Assembly: GCA_964035545.1 (NCBI GenBank)
Contig: OZ037766.1
Span: forward strand, 28,565,673 to 28,629,672
Length of the DNA: 64,000 nt
Source: Bugula neritina
Taxonomy: Eukaryota > Animalia > Bryozoa
Direction of reading: 5' to 3'
In this document: piece after piece, positions 1 to 14,800 of the stretch
Layout: every line of letters begins with the position of its first letter
Numbering within the stretch: the stretch's first letter is position 1
Notes under the pieces: model-generated
Database searches by the model: none
What the model was told of the DNA's origin: nothing
The model's input: only the letters and a program-made list of their open reading frames with translations
Translations under genes and position numbers: made by a program

Positions 1-1085
1 ACTCATGGTGCTATATTGAAGCAGAATTTCAAACGTAAGTTTTGCTTTATTTGAGGCAGAAGTGTTTTGTTGCAAAAAGCTTTCCAGTGACTTTTACCAA
101 GAGTTTAAAAGAAAAGGCATTAACCCCTAGGACTGATTTAAATAATGTCAGTGACTTGCAAAACAGGGGCTGTTATATCTTTAATGGTGTACATAGTTTC
201 TTTTTTCTTCTCAAATCTATTTCAATTACCTATTATCCTTTTACATTTTTTACACGATAAAAGCATTTTTTAAAACTTTTATTGTGCATGTGAATGACTA
301 GACATTTATTAATGATTATATTGGATGGGAAGGTTAGTTTTAGACTAAAGATTTAAACTCCCTGCTACTCAAATTGTAATACAAGAGTTATATGACTGAC
401 CACACTGCCCGAGCAGTGATCACTAGAGCACCTCAATAGTTTGTGTAAAGGAGAGTAATTGTTTTTCTGCCAACATTGTCCTATAGAAGCTTACAACAAG
501 ACTACAACAATAATTATATAACCAAGACCTCATAAGCACTAAAATCTAATATTATTATCAGTTTATGATATTCATACACTTGTTTTGTTAGTATTTCCAC
601 TGCAGTGACAGTAAAAGTGGAAAATAAAGTGACAGGTAAAAGTCATATATATATAATTAATTGAATGCCAGAAATAGTTTGAGCATTGTTTTTATTCTAC
701 AATATTATATAAAATTATATGAAGTCAGCATAATTATTACATTACTAATAGTGCAACAACTTCATATTATTATCAAGCATAAAACAAAAAAATTAGCAAA
801 ACATGATATCAAAAACCAGACATTAGTCGGCATAGAAAAATATTAAAAAGCTAAAAGAAAGTCTACTCTGTTATAAATATAAGATTATAAATGGAAGCGG
901 CTAATAAATTTGTAAGCTTGAAAAACTTTTATGCAAGGGTTAATCTGTTATAATTATTGATAACATAAGATATACAATATTCCGTAGTGCCAGAAGTTGT
1001 ACTGGAAAAATTTGTAGAATTTTCGTAACAAATGAATGCATTTGCTTTTATTTTAGACGAGCCCTGTAAAAGTTTTATATCTCAT

Positions 1086-4000
1086 TCACGAGATATTGTA
1101 AATTTTTAAAGATTTGCCACGAACTGTCACCAGCTTAGCTCCACATACTGAGGCAGAGTGTACATCTCCAATATTACCAAGATGAATATTCACACATTTA
1201 CCTGAAACCAACAGTAAACTCTTTGATTATATTTCAGTGAGATGCAATATATAAGTATAAATGGCACTAATTGTTACCAGCATTATATGCTTAAGACCTG
1301 CCAGTGCGCAAACTGCAACAGACTGCTGTAAACACAATACAGTACTTACATATTACCAACAATATCATAACATTTAATATGTATATAATTAGTAATATGT
1401 CTATTAACCAAATAGTTTATTATAGTGACATTATATTACAAATTAAGACAAACACTTGTAAAAAATAATTAAACCAGTCCTTCTTCCTTAGTAGACTACT
1501 TTGTCTACAGCCTCCCTGAATCACTCAGTATAACACAGTACAGTACTCACCTGTATCACAGTCCAACTCTGAAACTTTACCATCTTTTCCTCTAACTAAT
1601 ATTTTGCTGTCTCTGTAACAAACAACTGATCGTGGCTCTTTAATAGCTGTAGAAGTCCAAACCACTTGCCCACTGCTGATGTTGATCAGGGAGACGGTAC
1701 TTTTAACTGAGATGGCAACACAGTCTGCCCTCACAGGACATATGCCATGTGTACCACCATCAGAGTTGAAGGGAATTTCTCTAATAATCTTACCACGTAG
1801 GGTGTACACTGACACTGTTTTTTTGCTGCAATTTCTCACAACTATTCTGTCCCCTAATGCAGTAAGTAAGTTTAGATTGCTACTAGAATCATGATGATCC
1901 CACTGACATAGTAACTTACCATTCAGGTCACTGACAAATATTTTCCATGATTTGCCATAATCCAACAAGTAAATTTCATTATTGTAAGCAGTCATTCCAT
2001 TTACACTCCTAGCAGTAAAAAACGTTTTTATACTTTTTGCTTTCGAACTATTTATATCTAGTGAGTATATGTCACTGTTCCATGAGGTAAGATATGCTGT
2101 ATCATTCATGAAATCCAAGTAATTAAATTCACTCTGTAACTGCACTTCCTTAGCAAAGTGAATACTGATAGGATCCGGAACCACACGGCCATGTTTGATT
2201 TCAATCTCCGCAGTCCGATATTTTCCTAAAAGCAGAAAATAGTAACTATAGCTATCTTCTTTTTCACATTTAAACGATTTTAGGTAAAATGGCACAGGTA
2301 AAAGTGGCACCAACTCCAAACTTATACCCCAAACCCTCATATTGAGAATGTGCCATTTTTACCTACTTTGCCACTTGTGCCATTTTTACCAGACACCCAT
2401 TTAAACAATATCTATAGTTACTCAGCATAATATAAAAGAGTAGACAAAACTAAACTGTGACTTTGATGACAGAATGCTATACTAGATACTAGATGTTATA
2501 TAATCTATGTAAGTAAGTAATGGTGAAGGTTTAGAAGCTGTTCTGATACACAATTATAGTTTTAGAAAAAGCTACTGGAATCGCGTAACTTCAGCTAACA
2601 TTTCAAATTCAAGAATAAAACTTTTTATCTTGTTTGAGTTATATTTCATTGAGGTTTAAGATTATTGGAAAGATAACTTCATGCTAAAACTATCAGCCAA
2701 GACAGTTTTCAGCACTTCATTTAAATAGCAAAACAGAAAATGCATCTAGTTAGTTTTAAAATAACATTCACCTATGGATGAATTTTAGCAAACCTATAAC
2801 CAATATATTAAAATAGCATTTTGTTTCAAATTGACTTCTGCCACAATATAATATTCTGTAACAGCTGGTACTAACATTTTTTCTTTTTGATATACTGAAA
2901 TAATCACTGTAAAAAATAAACAGAAGTTATCAGATATCACTACTCCTACCCTTCACTTTGAGTCTTGGCAAGTCTTTAGTTGGTAACTTTGGCAGTCCTT
3001 CCAAGGTCAGCTGCTTCAACTCTGTTTCTAATTCCTCAAATCTGTTAACAACATCTACCTGCAAGACGTATGCAATTAGTTTGAATCAGACTTCTTAGAC
3101 TATTAGAAAGTTGACTTTCAGTATTTTATTAGCGCAACTGTTTCAGATAGCAGACTATGATCTGTCAACCAGGTGCCAGTAGCGTTTCTGGTGTATGATG
3201 ATATTTCTATGAAAAACTAATAAGTATTTTAAATTTAACAAAAATTTTCTTTATATAAAAATTACAATTTGTCCATATAAGACTTTTGGTGTTTGAGGAA
3301 AACTCTGTCTGTGACAAACTAAATAGATATTTTATATTCATTAAAAAGTCTGTTTACTACACTGTAACTATAAACAAATATAAACAACCTGTATACCTCA
3401 TGGCCGTCCTTTACACTAACATCCAGTCTCTGAATTTCCACATTCAAACTGTCTAATCTCTTAGCAACTTCCTCATCCATAAAATTAACTACTTCCTGTC
3501 TAAAGTTCTGTCTGTGTGTCATAAGTTCTGTTTCTATTTCATCATACTTGGCTTTGATGGCTTCAATCTATAAACAGTTACACGCCTCCATACTTTCATT
3601 GATTTAGTCGAAAGTTGCAAAGTGACATTGAATACTATTAGAAAAGTAAAAACTAAATTATTTATTCAAAGATTAGATATAAAGCAATTTTTTCTAAACA
3701 CATATATCTAGTGCACTTACAATATAATGATATATGGCGACTCTTGAAATATATTATTGCAAAAGCTATTTTAAAAAGCTACTCCGATGTGTGCGTGTGA
3801 GCGTGTGTGTGTGTGTGCGCGCGTGTGTAGTGTGTGTGCGTGTTGTGTAATATATAGGAAATATTATATCTGTTAGACTCTAACCTGCTCATCTCTTGTT
3901 TTATGTAAAAGTTCTTTCTGTTCTGCAGTCTCCTTGTCAATATCTGCTAAGGTCACATGACTCTGCTTTAAAAGAGTAGACAACTCTCCTTCTTTCTTCT

Positions 4001-6030
4001 GAGCTTCAGTTTTCAACTCACTAAACTTCACTCTAAGTCTCTTTACTAGAGCTGTGAGAGACACGGCTTGGTGTCGGGAACCTGGAGGCAGAAATATTAA
4101 ACAATGAGATTGAAATATTTCATATTTAACAGAGATAGTTTAATAAATTTACTTTATCTAACACAATTCACAATGATGTTTAAAATGTTCCTGTCACCAC
4201 TTAGTAATTTAATATTATTTGGTGAATAAAAGCTGGCCTTATTTTATTCACATCGCAAAACTATGCGCTTTATTTGATTAATAAAATTCATAAACCCTTG
4301 TTTTGAGAATCATAATACCTATATATATAGTTCAAATTTATGATTGTGAAAGTAAAGCATATCAAACTTGTAAAGCTGATTGGTTCCTTCTTTTGTGAAG
4401 ATCCATGAAACTTAGCAACAATTTAGTTGAATATTTAAACCCCAAGTAACTTAAAGACATTATTTGTAATATTTTCCAAAACAATAGTTATAATAGTTTC
4501 AATAGTTTTAGCAAAGTAGTAACCTTAAAGCAGCACTAAAATATAGGAGTACTTTCTTTGCGACTATAAAAATATTTTGGTACAGTCTCCAATACAGAGT
4601 TATAGTTATAACTGTAATGATATAAATGTCACTACAGAGTGTCACATTCCCCTACCTTTAGGGCAGCCATCTTTGTCATCCATACACTGAGCACACAACA
4701 CTCTGTGACACATTTCACAAGCCATGGAGACTACAACACTTGTGTGTGTCTTGCAGTGACGTGGTTCAAGTTTATTCTTTTCTCTGACATACTCATCTAT
4801 GTGTATGACATGATGATCAGGGAAGATATCTCCATGACCCTGGTAATATTATACTACAGCATTAACTCATAGGACACCCTAAGTTAATGTTTTCTACAAA
4901 AATACTTCTAGTCATAAACTTTAAAATAATATTATTTATTCAACAAACTGAAAGCGAAAGTAATAACCAAAGTTCTATTTTAGTACAGAGATTCGAGAAA
5001 CAAAGAATTTGCTCATCACATGAAATTTTAAAAGTCTCAAGTTCACAATTTCCATCAAGTATCAGCATACCTACTACAAGCAGTGTTGTATAACCAGATT
5101 TGAATGTCTGTGTAATATATCTATCTAATATTTTAATATACCACGTTTATATAATAGCTTTTCTCATGCTTTAAAGCTAAAGTCATTCTTGCAATGTAAA
5201 AGCAACTTCTTATATAATTTAAATTACAAAAGTCAACTGTTGTCATGGGTGTTCCTTACATAATAATGCTGAACTTTAAACAAATTAATGCTTCACTTTT
5301 AATCTTTCTATGAAATTTAAGAATAAAGACAATTAAAAAGGAAACAAACCTCTTGGTGTTTAACACAGAATCTTCTACTACATTGCCGGCAGTAGACTGT
5401 AGCTTTTTCTGTAATATCCTTTTGTTTACAAGAGTCACACGCTAAGTCAGCAGTATCTAGAGAGGGTAACTCTGAAATACTTGTATCATATGTGGCTCTA
5501 AAATAACAGTGTTTATTCAATACCTGAAGTGATCCTAAATTCTCTGCAGTATGGTGCAGATTGACATTTTGATTTGATGAGAAAAATGTTTTGCTAAATA
5601 TTTTTATTGTATTGAAAACTATTATGGAAATTCAAATTAAAAATACTAGTTGCTGACACATCATATATTGTATTGGGTATTGTGGTATTGAATTTTACCC
5701 AGTGGTGCCTCACTGGGATTCCAAACCGAGACATCAGGCTTGCAAGCAGGCCCGCTAACCATTGCACCCCGGAACCACTGGGTGAAACTCAACACTACAG
5801 GTATCTACATCAAAAAATTAACTTGTTTTCACACTTTAGTATAAGAAATAAAGTTATTAAATAGCAAACCTGCAGTTACCACACTTGAGAACTTTTGTTT
5901 TCTCCAGATATTTCTCAAGACAAGTTGAGCAGAAGACATGGGTACAAGGAAGTGACTTGAGATTAACTGTGTGTTCAAAACAGTAGCCGCAAATCTTAAG
6001 CTCAGCGGATACAATCGAACCAGACGCCAT
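1086..6030 (-). CDS. TRIM E3 ligase, copy 1 (RING, B-box1, B-box2, coiled coil, NHL-like beta-propeller), about 586 aa, 8 exons
   Basis: Exons (minus): 6030-5870, 5497-5350, 4839-4656, 4081-3885, 3567-3397, 3058-2950, 2225-1551, 1201-1086. All introns are GT-AG, phases are consistent and there is no internal stop. Exon 1 is a C3HC4 RING (CGYC..LPCTHVFCSTC..CGNC); exon 2 has CDSC..YCRQCSRRFCVKH; exon 3 has CKTH..CEMCHRVLCAQC; exons 4-6 are heptad-rich; exons 7-8 have propeller-like blades. Confidence 0.9.
2281..2399. mobile_element. MITE-like element built from ~15-bp (ggtaaaaatggcaca) units in inverted arms
   Basis: aaaatggcacaggta units face tgtgccattttt units. Related copies at about 20617-20812 and 32649-32985. 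Confidence 0.55.
5706..5810 (-). repeat. tRNA(Ala-UGC)-like dispersed repeat or pseudogene
   Basis: Similar to 34703-34773 and 63887-63980; degenerate A/B boxes; cTTGCAa loop. Confidence 0.6.
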
Positions 6031-6623
6031 TGACTGAAATTCATTGAAAAATTAAAATCTCAACGTAACCGAAAATAGATAACATTTTTAGACAGTTTTC
6101 GTAGAGATTGACACTAAGACACCAGATGTAGTCTGAGAGTTTCAGTGTAAAATTCATCATGGTCAACTTTAAGGTAGTCAATAACAATTGAGATATTCAT
6201 ATTATATAAATTCAAAATGAAAATGAAAATCAGAATAAAATGAGTCACCGTAACTACCAGAATCAGTAACAGCAAAAGCAATTCAGTAATAGTTAAAGGG
6301 AAACACTAAGCGTAAGTATAATTTCAACAAAAAGAGTCAGAGTATGCATCTAATAACATTAAATTTACTCTAAAATGAAATTGAAATTTTATTAAAATAA
6401 CTCTATTCAGACTAAAAACCCCTTGCTTATTTTGACCCCAATAAATATAACCACAAATATTATCAGTTTATATAATAGCTGAGCTATCCAACCTAAGCCA
6501 ATTCACTGCAACTAATATGGCAGTGGTAGTCAAAAAAAGATAAAACATATAATTATAATTCTCATTTATTTTAGTAGACGTAGTAGAACTAGAAGCAAAA
6601 CTGCATTTTGACTTCAGCAAATG

Positions 6624-8636
<2,013 letters not shown>

Positions 8637-8656
8637 AGCAAATGCGCCTTTGACTA

Positions 8657-8667
8657 GGGAAATCCCC
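8657..8667. promoter_or_regulatory. Candidate NF-kB/Rel site GGGAAATCCCC
   Basis: Fits GGGRNNYYCC; lies in a non-coding block conserved upstream of both TRIM copies. Confidence 0.4.
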
Positions 8668-9001
8668 ATCGGGTAGTTTCGTGTAACAGCGACTATCATT
8701 GAGAAATGTTGCAACAAGGGTTTTCTATGTTATCCATTGGTTTTCGGTTGACATTGAAGCCATAACTCCACAGATCTCGTAGCGTTTTCCCACCACTGAA
8801 ATGGAAGACATAATATTATTGAGTTCATTGAGCATAACATTGTGATAGTTTTGGTGGGCTGAAATTAATTAACTGAAAAAGATAACTCCTGTTAAGTAAA
8901 AGAGAGAACAGAGAGTGTCTTTCCCAGTTGCATAATTCTTTATTTGGCAGAGAGTATGTAATAGTAGTCTTTGTCCTATGTCTGTCCCCGTGTGTGAATA
9001 T

Positions 9002-9272
<271 letters not shown>

Positions 9273-10117
9273 GCGTCCGTGTGTGTTGTGAAATATAATG
9301 GTTTATTAGATGAATTGATTTTAATTAGTATAAATTTTGAAAGTATTGTGACTTATTTGTATAGTCGCAACTTGTAACAACTTGTAGTATAATGATGTGA
9401 ATTATTTACTGGTTTGAGTGAATTATTGTTGAGCAAGGTCTCGCACAAAACAAGGTTTTGATACGGAGTCAGAAGAAAATGGTTTAATAAATCTCTAACA
9501 AAATTTATTAATTCTTCCAAATTGTACAACTACAATCAATATAAAGCATAATGTGTTGAAACTCATATAATACAAAAATAGCAATTGTTCAAATATTAGC
9601 TATAATACTTTAAATATCTATAGTATGCAATATACTAAATTGCAAAACTTCTATGAATGTATTATGATAACTCCACCATTTCTGTAATATATTGAGCTGG
9701 TTGTAGGTTGACATACATGTGCCAAAAGCAGGTTTTTGGCCTCTTGAATTTCTCTACATTGCATGCAGAGCATATTTTGTTCAGAGTCTAAACAAAGTAA
9801 ATCTCATGTTTTCTCGTAATACAGTCTCAGCATCTTAAACTTGCTTTTTATTTATTTTATACTCCCAACAAGTTGACTTTTAAATTGTAATATTGTATCT
9901 GATTCACTGTAATATACTAGATAAAACTTTTAACAAAACTTGGATGACTACAAGTTACTGCTAGCTTTTGGTTTCTAAATGCATATGCATCATGCATTTT
10001 AAACAAAAGAAAGCAAGTCACTAAAAGTAGTTTATCAAGCATATAGCTTTAGTTACGCCATTAAAGTTGAGGAAGATTTATAGTATATAAAAACTATGAT
10101 GGTTTAATTTGCTTTAG

Positions 10118-10272
10118 GGGAGTTGAGAAAATGGATTTCACTGGATGCGTTTGGATTTCCAGATCAGGGACACATCATTGACATGTGTCTCAGAAAAAAC
10201 TCGCTATGGGCTGCAGCACTAAGACATGGTCTCTACAAATTTGATTTTGCTTTAATGCATTTTATTTATTGA
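10118..10272 (+). pseudogene. Orphan terminal exon resembling the last blade of a beta-propeller
   Basis: ttag acceptor, phase 1, 50 open codons (ELRKWISLDAFGFPDQGHIIDMCLRKNSLWAAALRHGLYKFDF..) then TGA. No upstream exon found. Confidence 0.35.
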
Positions 10273-10660
10273 AAATATGTTCAAGAGATTTTATCAGCTG
10301 TTTTATATGTAGAGTTGTTTCTTACTTATGTTAATATAATAATATATATTGCACTGAACACTAAGGTAAATACTGGATGAAACTGCTATATTATATGTGT
10401 TACTCATTTATTCCTATAAAATTGATGGTCAGAATATTTTTATTTGCTCATTTGCTATGAATAAACTTATATTTAACAGCCTAAAGCATGCCTTGCTATT
10501 AAATGTGATAAATACTGGAAATTATTGTTGCATTATATTCAAGCATTACCATAGTAACAGAAATACAGAAAAAAATTTTATATTTTCTGGTGTCAATTCA
10601 TCGCTTTTACACTGTGAAATTGTAGTTTAGTGAGCAAGACCTTTTTTCTGCCGGTAATAT

Positions 10661-10966
10661 TGTGGTGGCTCGTGGAGCTACCAGCAACACAATACGCAAG
10701 GTTGCGTATTGACCCGGAACAATGTATTAGCCAATTAGCTAGGCTGTTTTATGAGTAAGAGTAGCAGCTTCGCGCTACTAGCTCAGTTGAGGATAGTGCT
10801 GTAAATTAAATAGACGTGTGTATCATTACTGTTGTACATTAGATTTTATTATGTATTCTTGTATTAAAATATAACGATATCTACTCGACTTAACTCGGTG
10901 AAGTTTCTCTAGTGATAAATAGACTCTCTTGGTGGCACATCAACCCTAAATCTGGAAAACATAACA
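10661..10966 (+). repeat. Gypsy 5' LTR
   Basis: TGTGG..TAACA; differs from the 3' LTR at one position by my comparison. Confidence 0.96.
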
Positions 10967-10967
10967 G

Positions 10968-10985
10968 TGGTGGCAGCAGTGGGAT
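10968..10985 (+). promoter_or_regulatory. Primer binding site, tRNA-Leu type
   Basis: TGGTGGCAGCAGTGGGAT is complementary to the typical tRNA-Leu 3' end (..ATCCCACYGCTGCCACCA) and starts 1 nt after the LTR. Confidence 0.85.
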
Positions 10986-10999
10986 AGTGTATATCAAAG

Positions 11000-11857
11000 A
11001 TGGAGACTGAAAATGCTAGAATGCAACCACCCCCAGTAGAAGGTGAGCGTAGAAATGCTGTTAATCCTGTGAATCGTGAGGGAGAAGAAGCTTATAGACA
11101 TTGCTTGAAAGCTCCCACCTTTACTGGGTCGGAAGATGTCGAACAATTTATACAAGAATTTAGAGAGGTAATGGAGGTTGCTCAATGGCCGCATAGAGTG
11201 GCCCTTATTCAATTGCGGAGAGCGGTGACGGAGCAAGCCAAGCCGTACGGTGTGGGATACTGGATACTGGCTGCGCTGCGGGCCCGTTTTGGCACCTCCG
11301 TAATAGACGCTAGGACCAAGCTAGAGAGATTGTGCCGCACCCCGCGGACCTCGCTGCAAGAACATGCCGCGACGGTGAAGAAGCTGGCGCAGATTGCATA
11401 TAGCGATCTGCCAGCACAACACCAAGAGCGTTACACCTATGACGCCTTTGTCCAGTCACTAAACGACCTGGGCCTAGACCATCACCTACGAGCTAAAGGG
11501 ATAACCAGAATAGAGGATGCCCTGAAGGCTGGAGAAGCTTACCTGTTGGCTACCCAAATGCATCGAGCACAAAGGAACCCACCAGTAGTTGGAGTCAGCG
11601 CTGCCAGGGCTACGACAGGCTCCGAAGCCCTTCCGCTGGAAGCCGAAGTGGACCGTATGGTAGAGATGCTGGGACAACTGGTAACCATTCTGGCCGGTGC
11701 TGGCCCCGGTCAGGCCCTGCGGGTGCCCCCAACACCTGTGGGGCAGGGCTGGAGTAGCGCTGATCAGGACCAGGGACAGAAAGGACGACCCCAATACCAG
11801 GGGGCGTTAAACTGTCACGGCCCGCGGACACTCTCCCTCCCCGCGGGCCGCAACTAA
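11000..11857 (+). CDS. gag: Gypsy Gag
   Basis: First ORF after the PBS; capsid-like start KAPTFTGSEDVEQFIQEF..W; 285 aa. Confidence 0.85.
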   Translation: METENARMQPPPVEGERRNAVNPVNREGEEAYRHCLKAPTFTGSEDVEQFIQEFREVMEVAQWPHRVALIQLRRAVTEQAKPYGVGYWILAALRARFGTSVIDARTKLERLCRTPRTSLQEHAATVKKLAQIAYSDLPAQHQERYTYDAFVQSLNDLGLDHHLRAKGITRIEDALKAGEAYLLATQMHRAQRNPPVVGVSAARATTGSEALPLEAEVDRMVEMLGQLVTILAGAGPGQALRVPPTPVGQGWSSADQDQGQKGRPQYQGALNCHGPRTLSLPAGRN

Positions 11858-11865
11858 AGGAGTAT
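11806..11865 (+). promoter_or_regulatory. Candidate programmed -1 ribosomal frameshift signal
   Basis: G_TTA_AAC in the gag frame, 5-nt spacer, then a perfect 10-bp GC stem (11818-11827 with 11841-11850). The -1 frame is open from 11764 to 12159. Confidence 0.7.
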
Positions 11866-14800
11866 GGTGGAACACGCCGTCGTCTGTCCGTACGGACACG
11901 GCGGAACATTCCACCCGAGTGGCAGGTACCACGCAGGACTAGTAGGCCCGCACAACGGCCCAGTACCTTCTCCCTGCCACTCGCTAACCGGTTTCACCGG
12001 TTACCTCGGGAAGAGGAGCCCGCCACTGAAATGGAGCCAGAAGGCCCAGTGGAGAGCCCCAAACCCCGCCGGCACCAACCTCGCCGCCGGAAGCCCCGTA
12101 AATCACGGGTGAAACCCCCGCCGTCCTGTCAATCCAGGACAGCACATGCGGGGGGGGGGTGAAAGTACAACCACATGGAGAGAGCTATTTCCTACCCGGA
12201 AAGGTGGCTGGCAACGCCGTCACTTTCCTGCTCGACTCCGGTTGTACTACCAACCTTCTCAGTCGTAGAGTCTTTGAGGCACTGCCCCGCCGGGACAGGG
12301 ATAGAGTACGACCGTATACTGGAGAACATGGCACCCTGGCAGACGGGTCATGTATCCCCTTTTATGGTATTATCGAGCTCCCTGGGCGTGTCCGAGATCA
12401 GGCTGTACAGGAGACCTTTATCATAGGTCAACTGGAGGAAGATGCTATCCTCGGAATGCCCTTCTTGAAGCAACACCAGTGCCGAATAGATTTTAGTAAG
12501 TCGGTGGTGCTGATGGGCGGGCGAGAACTCGCCTGTGTGGATAAGTTTGGGCGTCCTCTGGTGGGCGGTGTTCAGGTAGTTCGAAACTGCACAGTACCCG
12601 GACGCTCCAGAGCTACTATCCACTGCCGAGTGAACAGCAACCGGATAGCCAGGCTCGGGGTCGTTGAAAGCGCGCACGAAAGGATCCAACTCGCCAGTAG
12701 TTAAAACCGACTAACTGAGCGAGGGGAGGTCTTAGTGCAGTGCATCAACCCCTTTACCGAGCCCATTGAGCTCCCAGCTGGGTCAATGCTGGGCCGGTTC
12801 CATTCCGTCCAGGAAGAGGACGTGGGCCCGTCGCTGGGTGACGCGACGGAGGCACCCCCTCGACACCCTATTCAGGGATGAGGGGCAGTCCCAACACATC
12901 TCCGGGAGTTATACGAAACAGCCAGTGGCGGCTGCGCGAGTAACAGAGAACGCCAAGCTATGGCTAAGTTACTACGCGACTACGGTGATGTGTTCAGCAG
13001 CGGAGAGCATGACGTGGGACTGACTGGAATTGTCAGACACGAAATACCGCTGACTGCAGGGACAGTCCCTGTCCGGCAGCCCACGCGCAGGCTGGGGCCG
13101 GAGAAAGAGAAGGAGGTTAGCCGACAAGTACGGGATCTTCTGGACCGGGGACTGATAGAGCCCGCCCATAGTGCGTGGAGCTCGCCAGTCGTACTGGTCC
13201 GGAAGAAAGACGGCAGTTGGCGGTTCTGTGTGGACTACCGCAAACTCAATAGCGTAACCATACAGGACGCCTACCCTCTACCTCGTATTGACGAGTCATT
13301 GGACGCCCTAGCCGGCAGCAAGTACTTCAGTACGTTAGACTTGCTAAGCGGCTATTGGCAGGTTCCTCTGAGTCTCGACGCCCAAGAGAAAGCGGCGTTT
13401 ATCACACGGGACGGGTTGTGGAAGTGGAAGGTGCTGCCTTTCGGGTTAACCTCCGCCCCAGCCACCTTCCAGAGGCTGATGGAACAAGTCCTTAGCGGAC
13501 TCCATTGGAAGACACTGCTGGTCTACCTCGATGATGTCATCGTAATCTCTCCAGACTTCGAGACACATGTCAGTCGTCTGCAGGAGGTTTTCGAGAGACT
13601 CCGAGGTGCCGGTCTCAAGCTCAAACCTTCCAAGTGCGCTTCTATTGCAGCCGGAGGTCAAGTACCTGGGGCACGTTGTCGGTCGAAACGGCGTGGCAAC
13701 GGATCCCGAAAAGGTACGGGCGGTAGAAGACTGGGTCACCCCCCAAGACTTGACCGGACTCCAGGCTTTCTTGGGGCTGGTAGGGTATTACAGGCAATAC
13801 ATACCAGACTTTGCGGGCATAGCCCAGCCGTTAAACCGGCTCACCGCAAAGGGAGTGACGTGGCAGTGGACCCCAGTCGAACAAGAAGCATTCGACCGCC
13901 TCAAGGGTTGCCTACTAACGGCGCCCATCTTGGCCTACCCAGACCCCACTCTGGAGTACATCCTCGACACGGACGCCAGTGACCAAAATGTTGGCGCTGT
14001 GCTGTCACAAGTGCAGGAAGGCCGAGAAGTAGTAGTAGCCTATTACAGCAAGTCTCTCTCACCCGCTGAACGAAATTACTGCACTACCCGCAAGGAGCTG
14101 CTGGCAGTAATCAAGTCAGTGAAGCACTTCAGACCATACCTATATGGCAGGAAGTTCCGGCTGCGTACGGATCATGCCTCGCTGATCTGGTTGTGCAAGA
14201 GAGCAGAGCCCTCTAGTCAGGTCGCCCGGTGGCTCGAAATCCTAGCTGAATTCTCATACCGGATCGAACATCGACCGGGCAAGAGACACAGCAATGCGGA
14301 TGGGTTGAGTCGCCGACCTGACGGAGGTTGCAAACAGTGTCTCAACATCGAGAGGAGGGATGGAGGTCCCCCGCGATGCGAGTTGGAGACGCTGGCTCAC
14401 CACGGAGCACCGTTTGACTGGGATCAAGGTCAACTCAGGCAAAGAGTTGATGAATCCCCGGAAGATGTACAAAACCTCTGCGCCAACCCTGTACTGGCCG
14501 GTAATGTTCGAGAGCTGAAAAAGCTCCAAGAAAAGCTGCCTGGAGTAGTGGCAGACATATACCGGGCCAAAAGGGAAGGGCGACGACCCAGCGAGGAACG
14601 CATACGACAGGGTTGCGCCGAATTCCGGCTATACTGTCAGCGTTGGGACTCGCTGCGGATCTGGCAAGATGGGTTGCTAACCATCTCTCTAGCTGCCAGC
14701 GGCAGACACCCGGAAAGGAAGAGGGTAGTCTGCCCCACAGCCATCCGCCGTGAGTTGATTTGGGATACTCACAAACAGGCCCACGCAGGGGTCAAGCGAG

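Larger units (their letters stand above)
1..6623. repeat. Tandem segmental duplication, left copy (homologous to about 18315-28262)
   Basis: Position 1 matches 18315. All eight TRIM exons, most introns and the upstream flank align. Homology resumes at about 8645-8770 versus 28263-28396. Confidence 0.92.

Noticed and set aside
5829-6044. Track ORFs 5829-6044 and 27473-27799 as proteins
   Set aside because: Wrong frame; the RING exon lies in another frame starting at ATG 6030 or 27680.
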